This document shows, in pieces, positions 40,047 to 48,504 of a stretch of 64,000 nucleotides of DNA. Positions within the stretch are counted from its first letter, which is position 1, and each line of letters opens with the position of its first letter. Source of the stretch: Ohtaekwangia sp. (GTDB lineage Bacteria; Bacteroidota; Bacteroidia; Cytophagales; Cyclobacteriaceae); NCBI GenBank assembly GCA_036503775.1, contig DASXWH010000188.1:15461-79460 (forward strand), given 5' to 3'. The notes below the pieces were generated by a model that was not told where the DNA came from, searched no databases, and saw only the letters and a program-made list of their open reading frames with translations. A program made the position numbers and the translations under genes.

Positions 40047-40805
40047 ATGGCCAGAAGAAAAAAGCAAAACGAAGATCAATCTCCCGACAATACCGATAAC
40101 ATCAACAATGAATCCGATGATAGCTTCGGACTCCCCGAAGTAGAATATGAACCGTTAAAACGTGATGAGCCTCAGTCATCAACAAGCGGAGAATCAGAAT
40201 CCTCCTACGAGGAAGTAAGCAATGAACAAACTCAGGAAGAAGTCGTTCAGGAAGAACCCATAGATGAGCCTTCCTACAGACCTTCATATGAAGAAGAGGA
40301 AGAGCGGCCATCCGTGTTACCTAAAGTTCTTGTGATTGTTGTGTTACTGGCGATAGCTCTTGGAGCAGGATGGTGGTTCTTTATTGAGAGCCCTAAACGA
40401 GAGGCTGCTAAAATTGCAGAACAGGAAGCGAGAGCAAAGGCTGAACGCCTGCGCCTGGCTGAAGAGGAAAGACTTGCCGAACTGAAGCGTCAGGAAGATG
40501 AGCAGAGACGCGCTGATTCGCTGGCAAATCTTACCCCTAAAGAAGGATCTATTGAAACCCTTACCGATCGGACAAGACGTTATTATGTGGTGGTTTCCAG
40601 TGCTATCGATGATGATCTGGTCATGGATTATGCGAAGAAACTCAGCAAGAATGGTGTGAACTGTACGATAATTCCTCCATTTGGTAAAACGAAATTCAGC
40701 CGGTTAGCAGTTGATGTTAAAGATTCGTTTGCCGATGCCCAATCTGCCGCTGATGCCCTCAAAGGCGGTGATTTTGGCAGTGAAATTTGGGTTGTGAAAT
40801 ATTAA
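40047..40805 (+). CDS. Bitopic membrane protein with coiled coil and C-terminal SPOR-like domain
   Basis: Acidic N-terminus; TM VLVIVVLLAIALGAGWWFF; EEERLAELKRQE helix; YYVVVSSA...AKKL...FSRLAV...A...L...EIWVVKY. Confidence 0.72.
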   Translation: MARRKKQNEDQSPDNTDNINNESDDSFGLPEVEYEPLKRDEPQSSTSGESESSYEEVSNEQTQEEVVQEEPIDEPSYRPSYEEEEERPSVLPKVLVIVVLLAIALGAGWWFFIESPKREAAKIAEQEARAKAERLRLAEEERLAELKRQEDEQRRADSLANLTPKEGSIETLTDRTRRYYVVVSSAIDDDLVMDYAKKLSKNGVNCTIIPPFGKTKFSRLAVDVKDSFADAQSAADALKGGDFGSEIWVVKY

Positions 40806-40834
40806 GTCAGCATAGCCGCAGCAGGCTGGCTGAC
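40806..40834 (+). terminator. GC-rich hairpin after SPOR gene (no U-tract)
   Basis: GTCAGC..AGCC-loop-GGCT.GCTGAC. Confidence 0.4.
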
Positions 40835-40877
40835 GTGAACGGAAGTAGCTGTAATATTTTTTAAACTCGCTTCTTTC

Positions 40878-41537
40878 ATGATTTTACTTCAGGTCGTAAA
40901 TGACGCTGAGTCACTTTCTGACTCAGTCGTTTCCGTTGGATTATCCGTAACCGGCATTCTGGTTATGATACCTATTGGTATTCTTTTAATCCTTGTAATT
41001 TATCTGGTAGTGGATCGCTTACAGGTGATCAGCAAGGCAAACCAGAATCCCGATCAGTTCATGCTGAAGGTGAAAGCACTCGTTTTGAAGGGTGATATTA
41101 CTAGCGCCAGAACCCTGTGCGCACAGCAGGATACCCCGGTAGCGCGGATGATAGAAAAGGGGCTATCCCGTATCGGAAGTCCATTGCGAAATATCGAGGC
41201 AGCCATCGAGAACACAGGCAGACTTCAACTCTTTAAACTCGAAAAGAATATCTCTGTACTGTCAACCGTTGCGGGTGCTGCACCACTGCTGGGATTTTTA
41301 GGAACGACATTTGGAGTGATTGAAGTATTTACGATCTCAAAAGAAAGCGGAGCATTGCTTCCGGATTTACTTTCGTCAGGTATGTACAATGCCATGATCA
41401 CCACCGTGGCAGGATTGATTGTTGGCCTGATTTCCTATCTGGCATACAATTATCTGGTGGCACAGGTGAGGAGTGTGGTACACAAAATGGAGTACACCTC
41501 CATCGATTTTATTGATATGCTGCAAGAACCGCGATAA
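40878..41537 (+). CDS. exbB: MotA/TolQ/ExbB proton channel family protein
   Basis: LSTVAGAAPLLGFLGTTFG, AMITTVAGLIVGL. Confidence 0.88.
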   Translation: MILLQVVNDAESLSDSVVSVGLSVTGILVMIPIGILLILVIYLVVDRLQVISKANQNPDQFMLKVKALVLKGDITSARTLCAQQDTPVARMIEKGLSRIGSPLRNIEAAIENTGRLQLFKLEKNISVLSTVAGAAPLLGFLGTTFGVIEVFTISKESGALLPDLLSSGMYNAMITTVAGLIVGLISYLAYNYLVAQVRSVVHKMEYTSIDFIDMLQEPR

Positions 41538-41556
41538 TCATTACGTTGTTATTGAA

Positions 41557-41949
41557 ATGAGACTAAACCCGGCAAATAAGACTGACAGTGGAATGGGCAT
41601 TGTTTCAATTGCCAGTGTTGTCTTTTTATTGCTGTTCTTTTTTGTGGTCACCACTTCGTTTATAACGCCTTTTGGGATACCGCTAAAATTTCCGAAAAGT
41701 GAACAGCGGGTATCGGAGTATCTTACGCTGGCCACAGTGACGATCACAAAAGATCTCAAATACTTTGTTGATCGTAAGGAGGTAACAAGGGGTACACTGG
41801 AGGGTGAGCTCAAAAGCAGACTCAAAGGGCAGGATGGATGGGTTGTAGTATTGATTGATCAATCTGTTCCTGCCGAACATCTGATTACGGTAGCAGATGT
41901 AATAACAAAACTGGATGCAAAAGTAATAATAGGAACAAAGCCTGAGTAA
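41557..41949 (+). CDS. exbD: ExbD/TolR family protein (lacks the conserved TM Asp)
   Basis: ATG at 41557; IASVVFLLLFFFVVTTSFITPFGIPLKFP; VLIDQSVPAEHLITVADV. Confidence 0.82.
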   Translation: MRLNPANKTDSGMGIVSIASVVFLLLFFFVVTTSFITPFGIPLKFPKSEQRVSEYLTLATVTITKDLKYFVDRKEVTRGTLEGELKSRLKGQDGWVVVLIDQSVPAEHLITVADVITKLDAKVIIGTKPE

Positions 41950-41958
41950 ATTAGCACT

Positions 41959-42834
41959 ATGATCACCCGGAAAAAAGAAGTAAAAAACCAACGGATAGCA
42001 TTCTTGACATCAATTGGTATCCATTCACTGATACTGGTGGTGTTGTTGTTTCTGGTTGCCTGGCAGGCACCGGATCCTCCCTTAGGAGCCCTTGGCTATG
42101 GTGGAGTAGAAGTAAATCTGGGATTTGACGAACAGGGTTATGGTGATATTCAGCCTGAAAATCTGGTGGGATCTGAAGGAACCCAGCAAGAGGAACCCGA
42201 GAAAACAAATGAAGAACCTCAACCTCAGGAACCGGAAACAAAACCTGAACAGGAGATCGTTTCAGAAGAGGAAAGTGCTGTAGCGGTGAAAGCTAAAAAG
42301 GAAGATGATAAACCGGTTGAAAAGCCAAAAGAAAAGCCGGTAGAGGTAAAGAAGGAGCCCGAGAAGAAAGTTGACCAAAATGCCACTTATAAGCCGAATA
42401 CGCAAAAAACTGAATCGGATAATAAGACAACGGATGGTAAGGCTGGTAAGTCCGGAAACCATGGTGACGATAAAGGAACAACGGGTGACAAAGGCAATCC
42501 GGAAGGCTCTCTGGACGCCAAAGCATTATACGGCAAACCCGGAAGCGGTGGGGGTGATGGAGGTGGCGTATCCATGTCCGGGTTCAATGGTTTTGAGTGG
42601 CCCAAGGTGGTTACCCCTGAGTTACCCAGCAACGCATTTGGCGTTTATGAGTTCACGGTTAAAATAGATGAGCAGGGAGAAGTGATCAGCGTAACCCCAT
42701 TACAACGTGGTCTGAGTCTTGAGGCGGAGAAAAAACTAAAAGATATGATTCAACGCCTTTCCTTTATCGCCAAGGGTTCAAACCTACCACCGCAGACCGA
42801 AGGGAAAATAATATTCAGAGTTGTTTCAAACTAA
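41959..42834 (+). CDS. TonB/TolA-like energy transducer
   Basis: N-terminal TM with SxxxH (TSIGIH); P/E/K-rich linker; Gly-rich segment; C-terminal FTVKIDEQGEVISV...GKIIF. Confidence 0.75.
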   Translation: MITRKKEVKNQRIAFLTSIGIHSLILVVLLFLVAWQAPDPPLGALGYGGVEVNLGFDEQGYGDIQPENLVGSEGTQQEEPEKTNEEPQPQEPETKPEQEIVSEEESAVAVKAKKEDDKPVEKPKEKPVEVKKEPEKKVDQNATYKPNTQKTESDNKTTDGKAGKSGNHGDDKGTTGDKGNPEGSLDAKALYGKPGSGGGDGGGVSMSGFNGFEWPKVVTPELPSNAFGVYEFTVKIDEQGEVISVTPLQRGLSLEAEKKLKDMIQRLSFIAKGSNLPPQTEGKIIFRVVSN

Positions 42835-42842
42835 CGCAATAC

Positions 42843-43052
42843 TTGCCTGATCAACGTTATATTCTCTTCGTTCAGGACGTGTTGATAACACTTCATGCTA
42901 ATATCCGAGAACTGAAGGAACGCAGAACCTTTGCCGACCCTGAAGAGCTTACGCACATAGAAGCCAAGCTTCTGGCCTATACTGAAATGCTTGGCATTCT
43001 CAAATCAAGTGCAGATGAATTTGGTGTTGATCGTAAAGAAATTGGTCTTTGA
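42843..43052 (+). CDS. Small hypothetical helical protein (69 aa)
   Basis: Fills the tonB-folC gap exactly; amphipathic helical composition; TTG start. Confidence 0.5.
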   Translation: MPDQRYILFVQDVLITLHANIRELKERRTFADPEELTHIEAKLLAYTEMLGILKSSADEFGVDRKEIGL

Positions 43053-43102
43053 GTTAATCATAAAGTTCAGCGAATTAACAACCAGCCCTTATCTTGCCGC
43101 GC

Positions 43103-44398
43103 ATGCTCACCACCTACGCAGACGTACTTTCATACCTTTATAAAAATCTTCCGATGTTTCAGCGCGTGGGCGCTGTCGCGTACAAGGGAGACCTCTCAAA
43201 CACGATCCGGTTGTGCGAGGTGCTTGGTGATCCACAAAGAAAATTTAGATCCATTCATGTAGCGGGAACCAATGGCAAAGGGAGTACATCACATATGCTG
43301 TCTTCCATTATGCAGTCTGCCGGATATAAAACAGGCTTGTATACTTCGCCTCACCTCAAGGAATTTACAGAGCGCATACGGATCAATGGCCAAGAGATAG
43401 ACAGAGAATTTATTGTTGATTTTGTAAACCGGATCAAACCTGCTATTAAGGAGATCAATCCTTCTTTTTTTGAGATAACGGTGGCCATGGCATTTGAATA
43501 CTTTGCACAGAAGAACGTTGATATAGCCGTGGTTGAAGTAGGCCTTGGTGGCCGGCTGGATTCAACTAACATAATCACACCTGAAGTTTCAGTGATCACC
43601 AACATCGGTTGGGATCATAAAGACATCTTAGGGGACACACTCGAAAAGATTGCGTCAGAAAAAGCAGGAATCATCAAACCGGGTGTCCCCGTGGTGATCA
43701 GTGAACGTCAGCAGGGCATTGATAATATCTTTATCCAGAAGGCCTCAGAAGTAAACACAGAAATTGTTTTTTCCTGTGATCAATTCAGTGTTTTTCAGAA
43801 GAATGTCAAACAAGGTTTTGCCTATGAGATATTACACGCAGATCATTCTATATTCTCAGATTTATATTTACCCCTTCAGGGATCTTATCAGCGTAAGAAC
43901 CTGGGTGGAGTAATGGCTGCAGTTGAAGTATTAAAGGCTAAGGGCTGGCGGATTTCCAATGATCAGGTAAAAGATGGTTTGTTAAAAGTAGTGTCACAGA
44001 CCGGACTCAAAGGAAGGTGGCAAATATTAAATGAGAGGCCCTTAATGATCTGCGATACCGGCCATAATATTGATGGAATTCATGAAGTGCTTTCACAGCT
44101 AAAAGCTCAGCCTTTTGATAAGCTGCACATGGTGTGGGGAATGGTACGTGACAAGGATATTTCTGATATTCTCTCCGTACTTCCGAAAGAGGCAAATTAC
44201 TATTTTTGCCAGGCCAAAATTCCAAGGGCTATGGGAGCTGGTGAACTGGCTCAGCAAGCTTTTGAAAAGGGATTAAGGGGGGTGATCATTCCCGATGTAA
44301 ATGAAGCTATCCGGGAAGCAAAGACAAAAGCCTCACCCGATGACCTGATTTTTATTGGCGGAAGTACGTTTGTGGTAGCAGAAATCGATAATCTATAA
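43103..44398 (+). CDS. folC: Folylpolyglutamate synthase/dihydrofolate synthase
   Basis: IHVAGTNGKGS, GLYTSPHL, EVGLGGRLDSTN, EKAGIIK, GRWQ, CDTGHN, GSTFVVAE; ATG 43103 or TTG 43094. Confidence 0.96.
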   Translation: MLTTYADVLSYLYKNLPMFQRVGAVAYKGDLSNTIRLCEVLGDPQRKFRSIHVAGTNGKGSTSHMLSSIMQSAGYKTGLYTSPHLKEFTERIRINGQEIDREFIVDFVNRIKPAIKEINPSFFEITVAMAFEYFAQKNVDIAVVEVGLGGRLDSTNIITPEVSVITNIGWDHKDILGDTLEKIASEKAGIIKPGVPVVISERQQGIDNIFIQKASEVNTEIVFSCDQFSVFQKNVKQGFAYEILHADHSIFSDLYLPLQGSYQRKNLGGVMAAVEVLKAKGWRISNDQVKDGLLKVVSQTGLKGRWQILNERPLMICDTGHNIDGIHEVLSQLKAQPFDKLHMVWGMVRDKDISDILSVLPKEANYYFCQAKIPRAMGAGELAQQAFEKGLRGVIIPDVNEAIREAKTKASPDDLIFIGGSTFVVAEIDNL

Positions 44399-44408
44399 TT
44401 GTTTAAGA

Positions 44409-45062
44409 GTGAAACGTAAACAGGAGCGGTTCAGAACCATTGAAGAAAGAGCTAATGTTATTGAACCGAGTAAACCCGAGTATCATCAGATCAAGAGTAA
44501 ATGGGGTAAGGATCATTTTAAGAACGACAATCCCATTACACTGGAGCTGGCGTGTGGCCGTGGTGAATATTCTGTAGGGCTTGGAAAATCCTTTCCGGAT
44601 AAAAACTTTATCGGCATTGATATTAAAGGTGAACGTCTTTGGAAAGGAAGCACCTTAGCCATGGAGCAGAAGCTGGATAATGTAGCATTTCTGCGAACAC
44701 ATATATTGCTCGTTGAGAACTTTTTTGATCAGGCCGAGGTAGACGAGATATGGATTACGTTTCCAGATCCCCGTCCCAAGAAGCGTGATATCAAAAGACG
44801 ACTTACCAATTCAAGGTTTCTTAATATGTATAAGAGAATCGTGAAGGGAGGAGGGTATATCCGGTTGAAAACGGATAATACCCAACTTTATGAATATACA
44901 TTGGAGGAACTACAGGGGCGCAATGACATATTCGATCTCCAGTTTACTCCCGACTTATATACCTCCGAACTACGGGCCGAATGTTTTGATATCAAAACCA
45001 AATACGAAGAGGAGTTCAGTGCCAAGGGTGAAAAGATCAAGTATCTGCGATTTCACTTCTGA
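44409..45062 (+). CDS. trmB: tRNA (guanine-N7)-methyltransferase
   Basis: LELACGRGEY, FIGIDIKGERLW, WITFPDP.PK, RRLT, LKTDN. Confidence 0.95.
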   Translation: MKRKQERFRTIEERANVIEPSKPEYHQIKSKWGKDHFKNDNPITLELACGRGEYSVGLGKSFPDKNFIGIDIKGERLWKGSTLAMEQKLDNVAFLRTHILLVENFFDQAEVDEIWITFPDPRPKKRDIKRRLTNSRFLNMYKRIVKGGGYIRLKTDNTQLYEYTLEELQGRNDIFDLQFTPDLYTSELRAECFDIKTKYEEEFSAKGEKIKYLRFHF

Positions 45063-45116
45063 TATCAAATAACAATTTCATAATACCGGATCAGCCGTTG
45101 GAAGTCTGTGCTACGT

Positions 45117-45124
45117 TATCTTTG
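45117..45124 (+). promoter_or_regulatory. Bacteroidota -7 promoter element
   Basis: TATCTTTG upstream of the phosphoesterase-glycosyltransferase pair. Confidence 0.55.
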
Positions 45125-45200
45125 TATCATAAAGACTTCTTCATAGGTTTGGGCGATTCCCTGAAGGCAATTTTGTCTTGGGGAATCACTATTTTCAAGC

Positions 45201-46058
45201 ATGGGAAAGAAAAAAAAGCGGGACGTAGAACTCGTTATCCTGTCTGATATACACCTCGGCACCTATGGTTGTCATGCCGAAGAGTTACTCCGCTACCTGA
45301 AAAGCATCAAGCCCAAAAAACTTATCCTCAACGGTGATGTTATTGACATGTGGCAGTTCAGTAAACGCTACTGGCCCAAATCCCACATGCAGGTGATCAA
45401 GTATATCATGGGGCTGCTTTCTAAAAACACCAAAGTGATTTACCTCACCGGCAACCATGACGAAATGCTTCGCAAGTTCTCAGGTTTTAAACTGGGTTCC
45501 TTTCAGATCGACAATAAAACGGTACTTAAATTAAATGGTAAACGTGCCTGGATTTTTCATGGTGATGTATTTGACGTTACCATGCAATATTCCAAGTGGC
45601 TTGCTAAACTGGGTGCTATCGGGTATGACACGCTTATCTTAATCAATACCATTGTAAACTGGGTGCTAACCAAACTGGGAAGAGAAAAGATATCACTTTC
45701 CAAACGGGTAAAGGATAGTGTAAAGTCTGCAGTAAAATTTATTAACGACTTCGAAAAAACAGCGGCCGATATCGCCATTGAGAACAGGTATGACTACGTG
45801 GTTTGCGGCCATATCCATCAGCCGGAAATGAAAACAATTCAAACGGAAAAGGGTAGTGTAATTTATTTAAATTCGGGTGACTGGATTGAGAACCTGACAA
45901 GTCTCGAATACAATTCAAACGAATGGAAGGTATATCGGTATGAAGATGATAAAGTAGCGAAGTCAGTTAAGTTGCCGAAACGGTTTCGTGGTGATAAGCT
46001 CGACAACGATGAGATTTTCCGTGACCTGGTCAATGAATTTTTAAATGTAAAGAAGTGA
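45201..46058 (+). CDS. LpxH/PlcP-like metallophosphoesterase (UDP-2,3-diacylglucosamine hydrolase family)
   Basis: LSDIHLG, NGDVID, GNHDE, FHGDVFD, CGHIH, NSGDW. Confidence 0.88.
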   Translation: MGKKKKRDVELVILSDIHLGTYGCHAEELLRYLKSIKPKKLILNGDVIDMWQFSKRYWPKSHMQVIKYIMGLLSKNTKVIYLTGNHDEMLRKFSGFKLGSFQIDNKTVLKLNGKRAWIFHGDVFDVTMQYSKWLAKLGAIGYDTLILINTIVNWVLTKLGREKISLSKRVKDSVKSAVKFINDFEKTAADIAIENRYDYVVCGHIHQPEMKTIQTEKGSVIYLNSGDWIENLTSLEYNSNEWKVYRYEDDKVAKSVKLPKRFRGDKLDNDEIFRDLVNEFLNVKK

Positions 46059-47047
46059 AAATATTGTACGCCATTCAGGGAACTGGTAACGGTCACCTTG
46101 CCCGCGCGGAAGACGTTATACCGGTTCTTCAGCAATACGGTGATCTTGAACTTTTTGTAAGTGGAGCACAGGCGGATATTAAATTGCCCTATTCGGTGAA
46201 GTACAAATCGAAAGGCCTGAGTTTCTTTTTTGGAAAAAGCGGTGGGATTGATTTCTTAAAAACATTCCGCCAGAATAGCTCCAAGGATGTGTATAAAGAG
46301 ATAAAGAAATTCCCTATTGAAAAGTTTGATCTGGTTATCAATGACTTTGAACCGATATCGGCTTGGGCATGCCGTAAGCGTGGCGTGCCGTGCGTTGGAT
46401 TAAGTCACCAGTCAGCTTTATTGTCCTCTAAAATTCCCAGACCTAAAAAGATTGATCCGGTTGGAGAGTGGATTGTACACAACTATGCACCGGCACAAAA
46501 GTATGTTTCATTTCACTTTGAACCGTATGATACCGATATGTACACCCCGGTAATCCGGTCAGCTGTTCGCGAAAGCAACAATGTCACGAAAGAACACTAT
46601 ACCGTATATCTTCCATCATATGATGATAAAAAGCTGGTACCCATTTTAGCGGCAATTCCTCAGGTACGATGGCATATTTTTTCTAAACATGCACGCAAGG
46701 CTTATCACATCGGGAGGTTGTCTGTTTACCCGGTAAACAAAGATGACTTTGCAGTGAGCATGACCTCAGCAAAAGGAGTTTTGTGTGGTGCAGGTTTTGA
46801 AACACCGGCAGAAGCCTTATACCTTGGAAAGAAGCTCATGGTTGTTCCCATGAAAGCACAGCTTGAACAGCATTACAACGCAGCATCGTTGAAACAGCTG
46901 GGTGTACCTGTATTGAAAAAGATGAAGAAAAAGAATCTGGACAAGATTATAGACTGGATCGAAACGGACAGCAAAGTTTCAGTGGACTATAAAAATATCA
47001 CAGGTGAAGCCGTTGAACGCGCAGTTTCGTTGGGAAAGAGTTTGTAG
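46055..47047 (+). CDS. GT-B glycosyltransferase (MJ1255/VC2487-like, GT28 C-terminal-like)
   Basis: MKILYAIQGTGNGHLARA, INDFEPISAWA, GAGFETPAEALYLGKKLMVVPMKAQLEQ; overlaps the upstream gene by 4 nt. Confidence 0.85.
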   Translation: MKILYAIQGTGNGHLARAEDVIPVLQQYGDLELFVSGAQADIKLPYSVKYKSKGLSFFFGKSGGIDFLKTFRQNSSKDVYKEIKKFPIEKFDLVINDFEPISAWACRKRGVPCVGLSHQSALLSSKIPRPKKIDPVGEWIVHNYAPAQKYVSFHFEPYDTDMYTPVIRSAVRESNNVTKEHYTVYLPSYDDKKLVPILAAIPQVRWHIFSKHARKAYHIGRLSVYPVNKDDFAVSMTSAKGVLCGAGFETPAEALYLGKKLMVVPMKAQLEQHYNAASLKQLGVPVLKKMKKKNLDKIIDWIETDSKVSVDYKNITGEAVERAVSLGKSL

Positions 47048-47120
47048 TCTGCTATAATTCACCTTGTAATCTGTTATATAAATACCTGTATTCTCAGGTG
47101 TTGAATAACTCCTTCATTCA

Positions 47121-47153
47121 TTCGTAACGCTCATGTAATTATCCGGTAATGAC
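47121..47153 (+). promoter_or_regulatory. Three 11-bp-spaced direct repeats, putative OmpR/PhoB-type operator
   Basis: GTAA at 47124, 47135 and 47146; TATTTTTC (-7-like) at 47161. Confidence 0.5.
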
Positions 47154-47183
47154 TGGCGCGTATTTTTCCATTGCGATATTGAA

Positions 47184-47873
47184 ATGAGCGATAAGAAACA
47201 TTTACGGGTGCTGGTGGTTGATGACGATAAAGATATTCTTGATCTGTTAGAATACAACCTGGAGAAGGAGGGGTTTAAGGTAAAAACACTGGACGATAGT
47301 TTACGGGCTGTGGAAGTTGCCAGAGATTTTGTTCCTGACCTGATCATCCTAGATATTATGATGCCTCATCCTAACGGTATTGAGATCTGTCGTTCGCTGC
47401 GTGGGTTGAATCAGTTTAAGGATACCTATATATTTTTCCTGACGGCAAAATCTGAGGCCTACTATCATGAAGCAGCCCTGGATACCGGAGGAGACGATTA
47501 CATTGAGAAGGTAATTGGACTCCGGGCGTTAACGTACAAAGTAAGTACGGTTCTCAAACGAAGATTTGTGATCCGGAAAAGTATTGCTGAATTGAAAATC
47601 GGGAACCTGAGGATAAATCGTAAGTCGAACTCAGTAAAGATGGGGGACGTAGAGGTGCGACTTAGTAAACCTGAATTTGAATTGCTTTTCTTTTTTGCGC
47701 AGAACCCACGCAAATCTATTTCACAGGAAAATCTCCTGCACAATATATGGGGATCTGAGATTTATCTCTTTGATACTTCCATTGAAGTATATATTCAAAA
47801 TCTGAGAAAGAAACTAGGTATAAACCTGATCCACGAAACAAACGATCACAAGTACAGATTAAACCTGTGGTGA
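47184..47873 (+). CDS. Orphan OmpR/PhoB-family response regulator
   Basis: VVDDDKDI, IILDIMMP, FLTA; winged-helix LSKPEFELLFFFAQNP...IWG...IEVYIQNLRKKL. Confidence 0.9.
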   Translation: MSDKKHLRVLVVDDDKDILDLLEYNLEKEGFKVKTLDDSLRAVEVARDFVPDLIILDIMMPHPNGIEICRSLRGLNQFKDTYIFFLTAKSEAYYHEAALDTGGDDYIEKVIGLRALTYKVSTVLKRRFVIRKSIAELKIGNLRINRKSNSVKMGDVEVRLSKPEFELLFFFAQNPRKSISQENLLHNIWGSEIYLFDTSIEVYIQNLRKKLGINLIHETNDHKYRLNLW

Positions 47874-47874
47874 T

Positions 47875-48426
47875 CTAATCATCGGTTTCCAATATTTCGA
47901 AAATTTCAGCGAGTTCCTGATAGTCCTTTAACCCTGGTTTTTCTTCCTGGCTGCCTTTCAGAGCAATTCCATAAATATTGTATCGCTTTAATACCTCATC
48001 CACATTGTCACCTGTTTTTAACTCAATAAGTCTTTTAACTGATGTCTCCGGAATACCGGAATCAGTCTTCGTGAGAATATATTCTGGTTCTCCTGACGGA
48101 GTATCACCTTTCGCAAGGTTAAGGATGTATGGGATCGATATTACTTCAATCAAATTCAACTCAGCAAGACTTAGTTCAAGGTAATCGGGACGATAGTTTT
48201 CGAGTATTGAATTTAGCGCTGCATGGCTCTTTAGACCATAGATTTCCGCTACCACCGTAGGCCCGGTAACCCACCCACGGATTTCCTGAAAAGCTGCGGG
48301 ACTAATGAAATTTTCCTGCCCTTCAACAACCCTGAATCCTAACATATCAGCCCCCATGCCAGCGCAATACCGGGCATCACTCAAATTGGTTATACTGCCT
48401 ACCTTTACGAATGTTTTTAACGACAT
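47875..48426 (-). CDS. TrpF (phosphoribosylanthranilate isomerase)-like protein, short and degenerate
   Basis: VKVGSITNLSDARYCAGMGADMLGF; E..KPGLKD; ATG at 48426; lacks the KICG cysteine. Confidence 0.72.
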   Translation of the reverse strand: MSLKTFVKVGSITNLSDARYCAGMGADMLGFRVVEGQENFISPAAFQEIRGWVTGPTVVAEIYGLKSHAALNSILENYRPDYLELSLAELNLIEVISIPYILNLAKGDTPSGEPEYILTKTDSGIPETSVKRLIELKTGDNVDEVLKRYNIYGIALKGSQEEKPGLKDYQELAEIFEILETDD

Positions 48427-48504
48427 AGCTTTAATAGCAAAGAAAAAATAACTTTGTGGTTTACGTTTCAATTTTAGCGCGGATTTAGACAAAACAAAAC
48501 TGAA

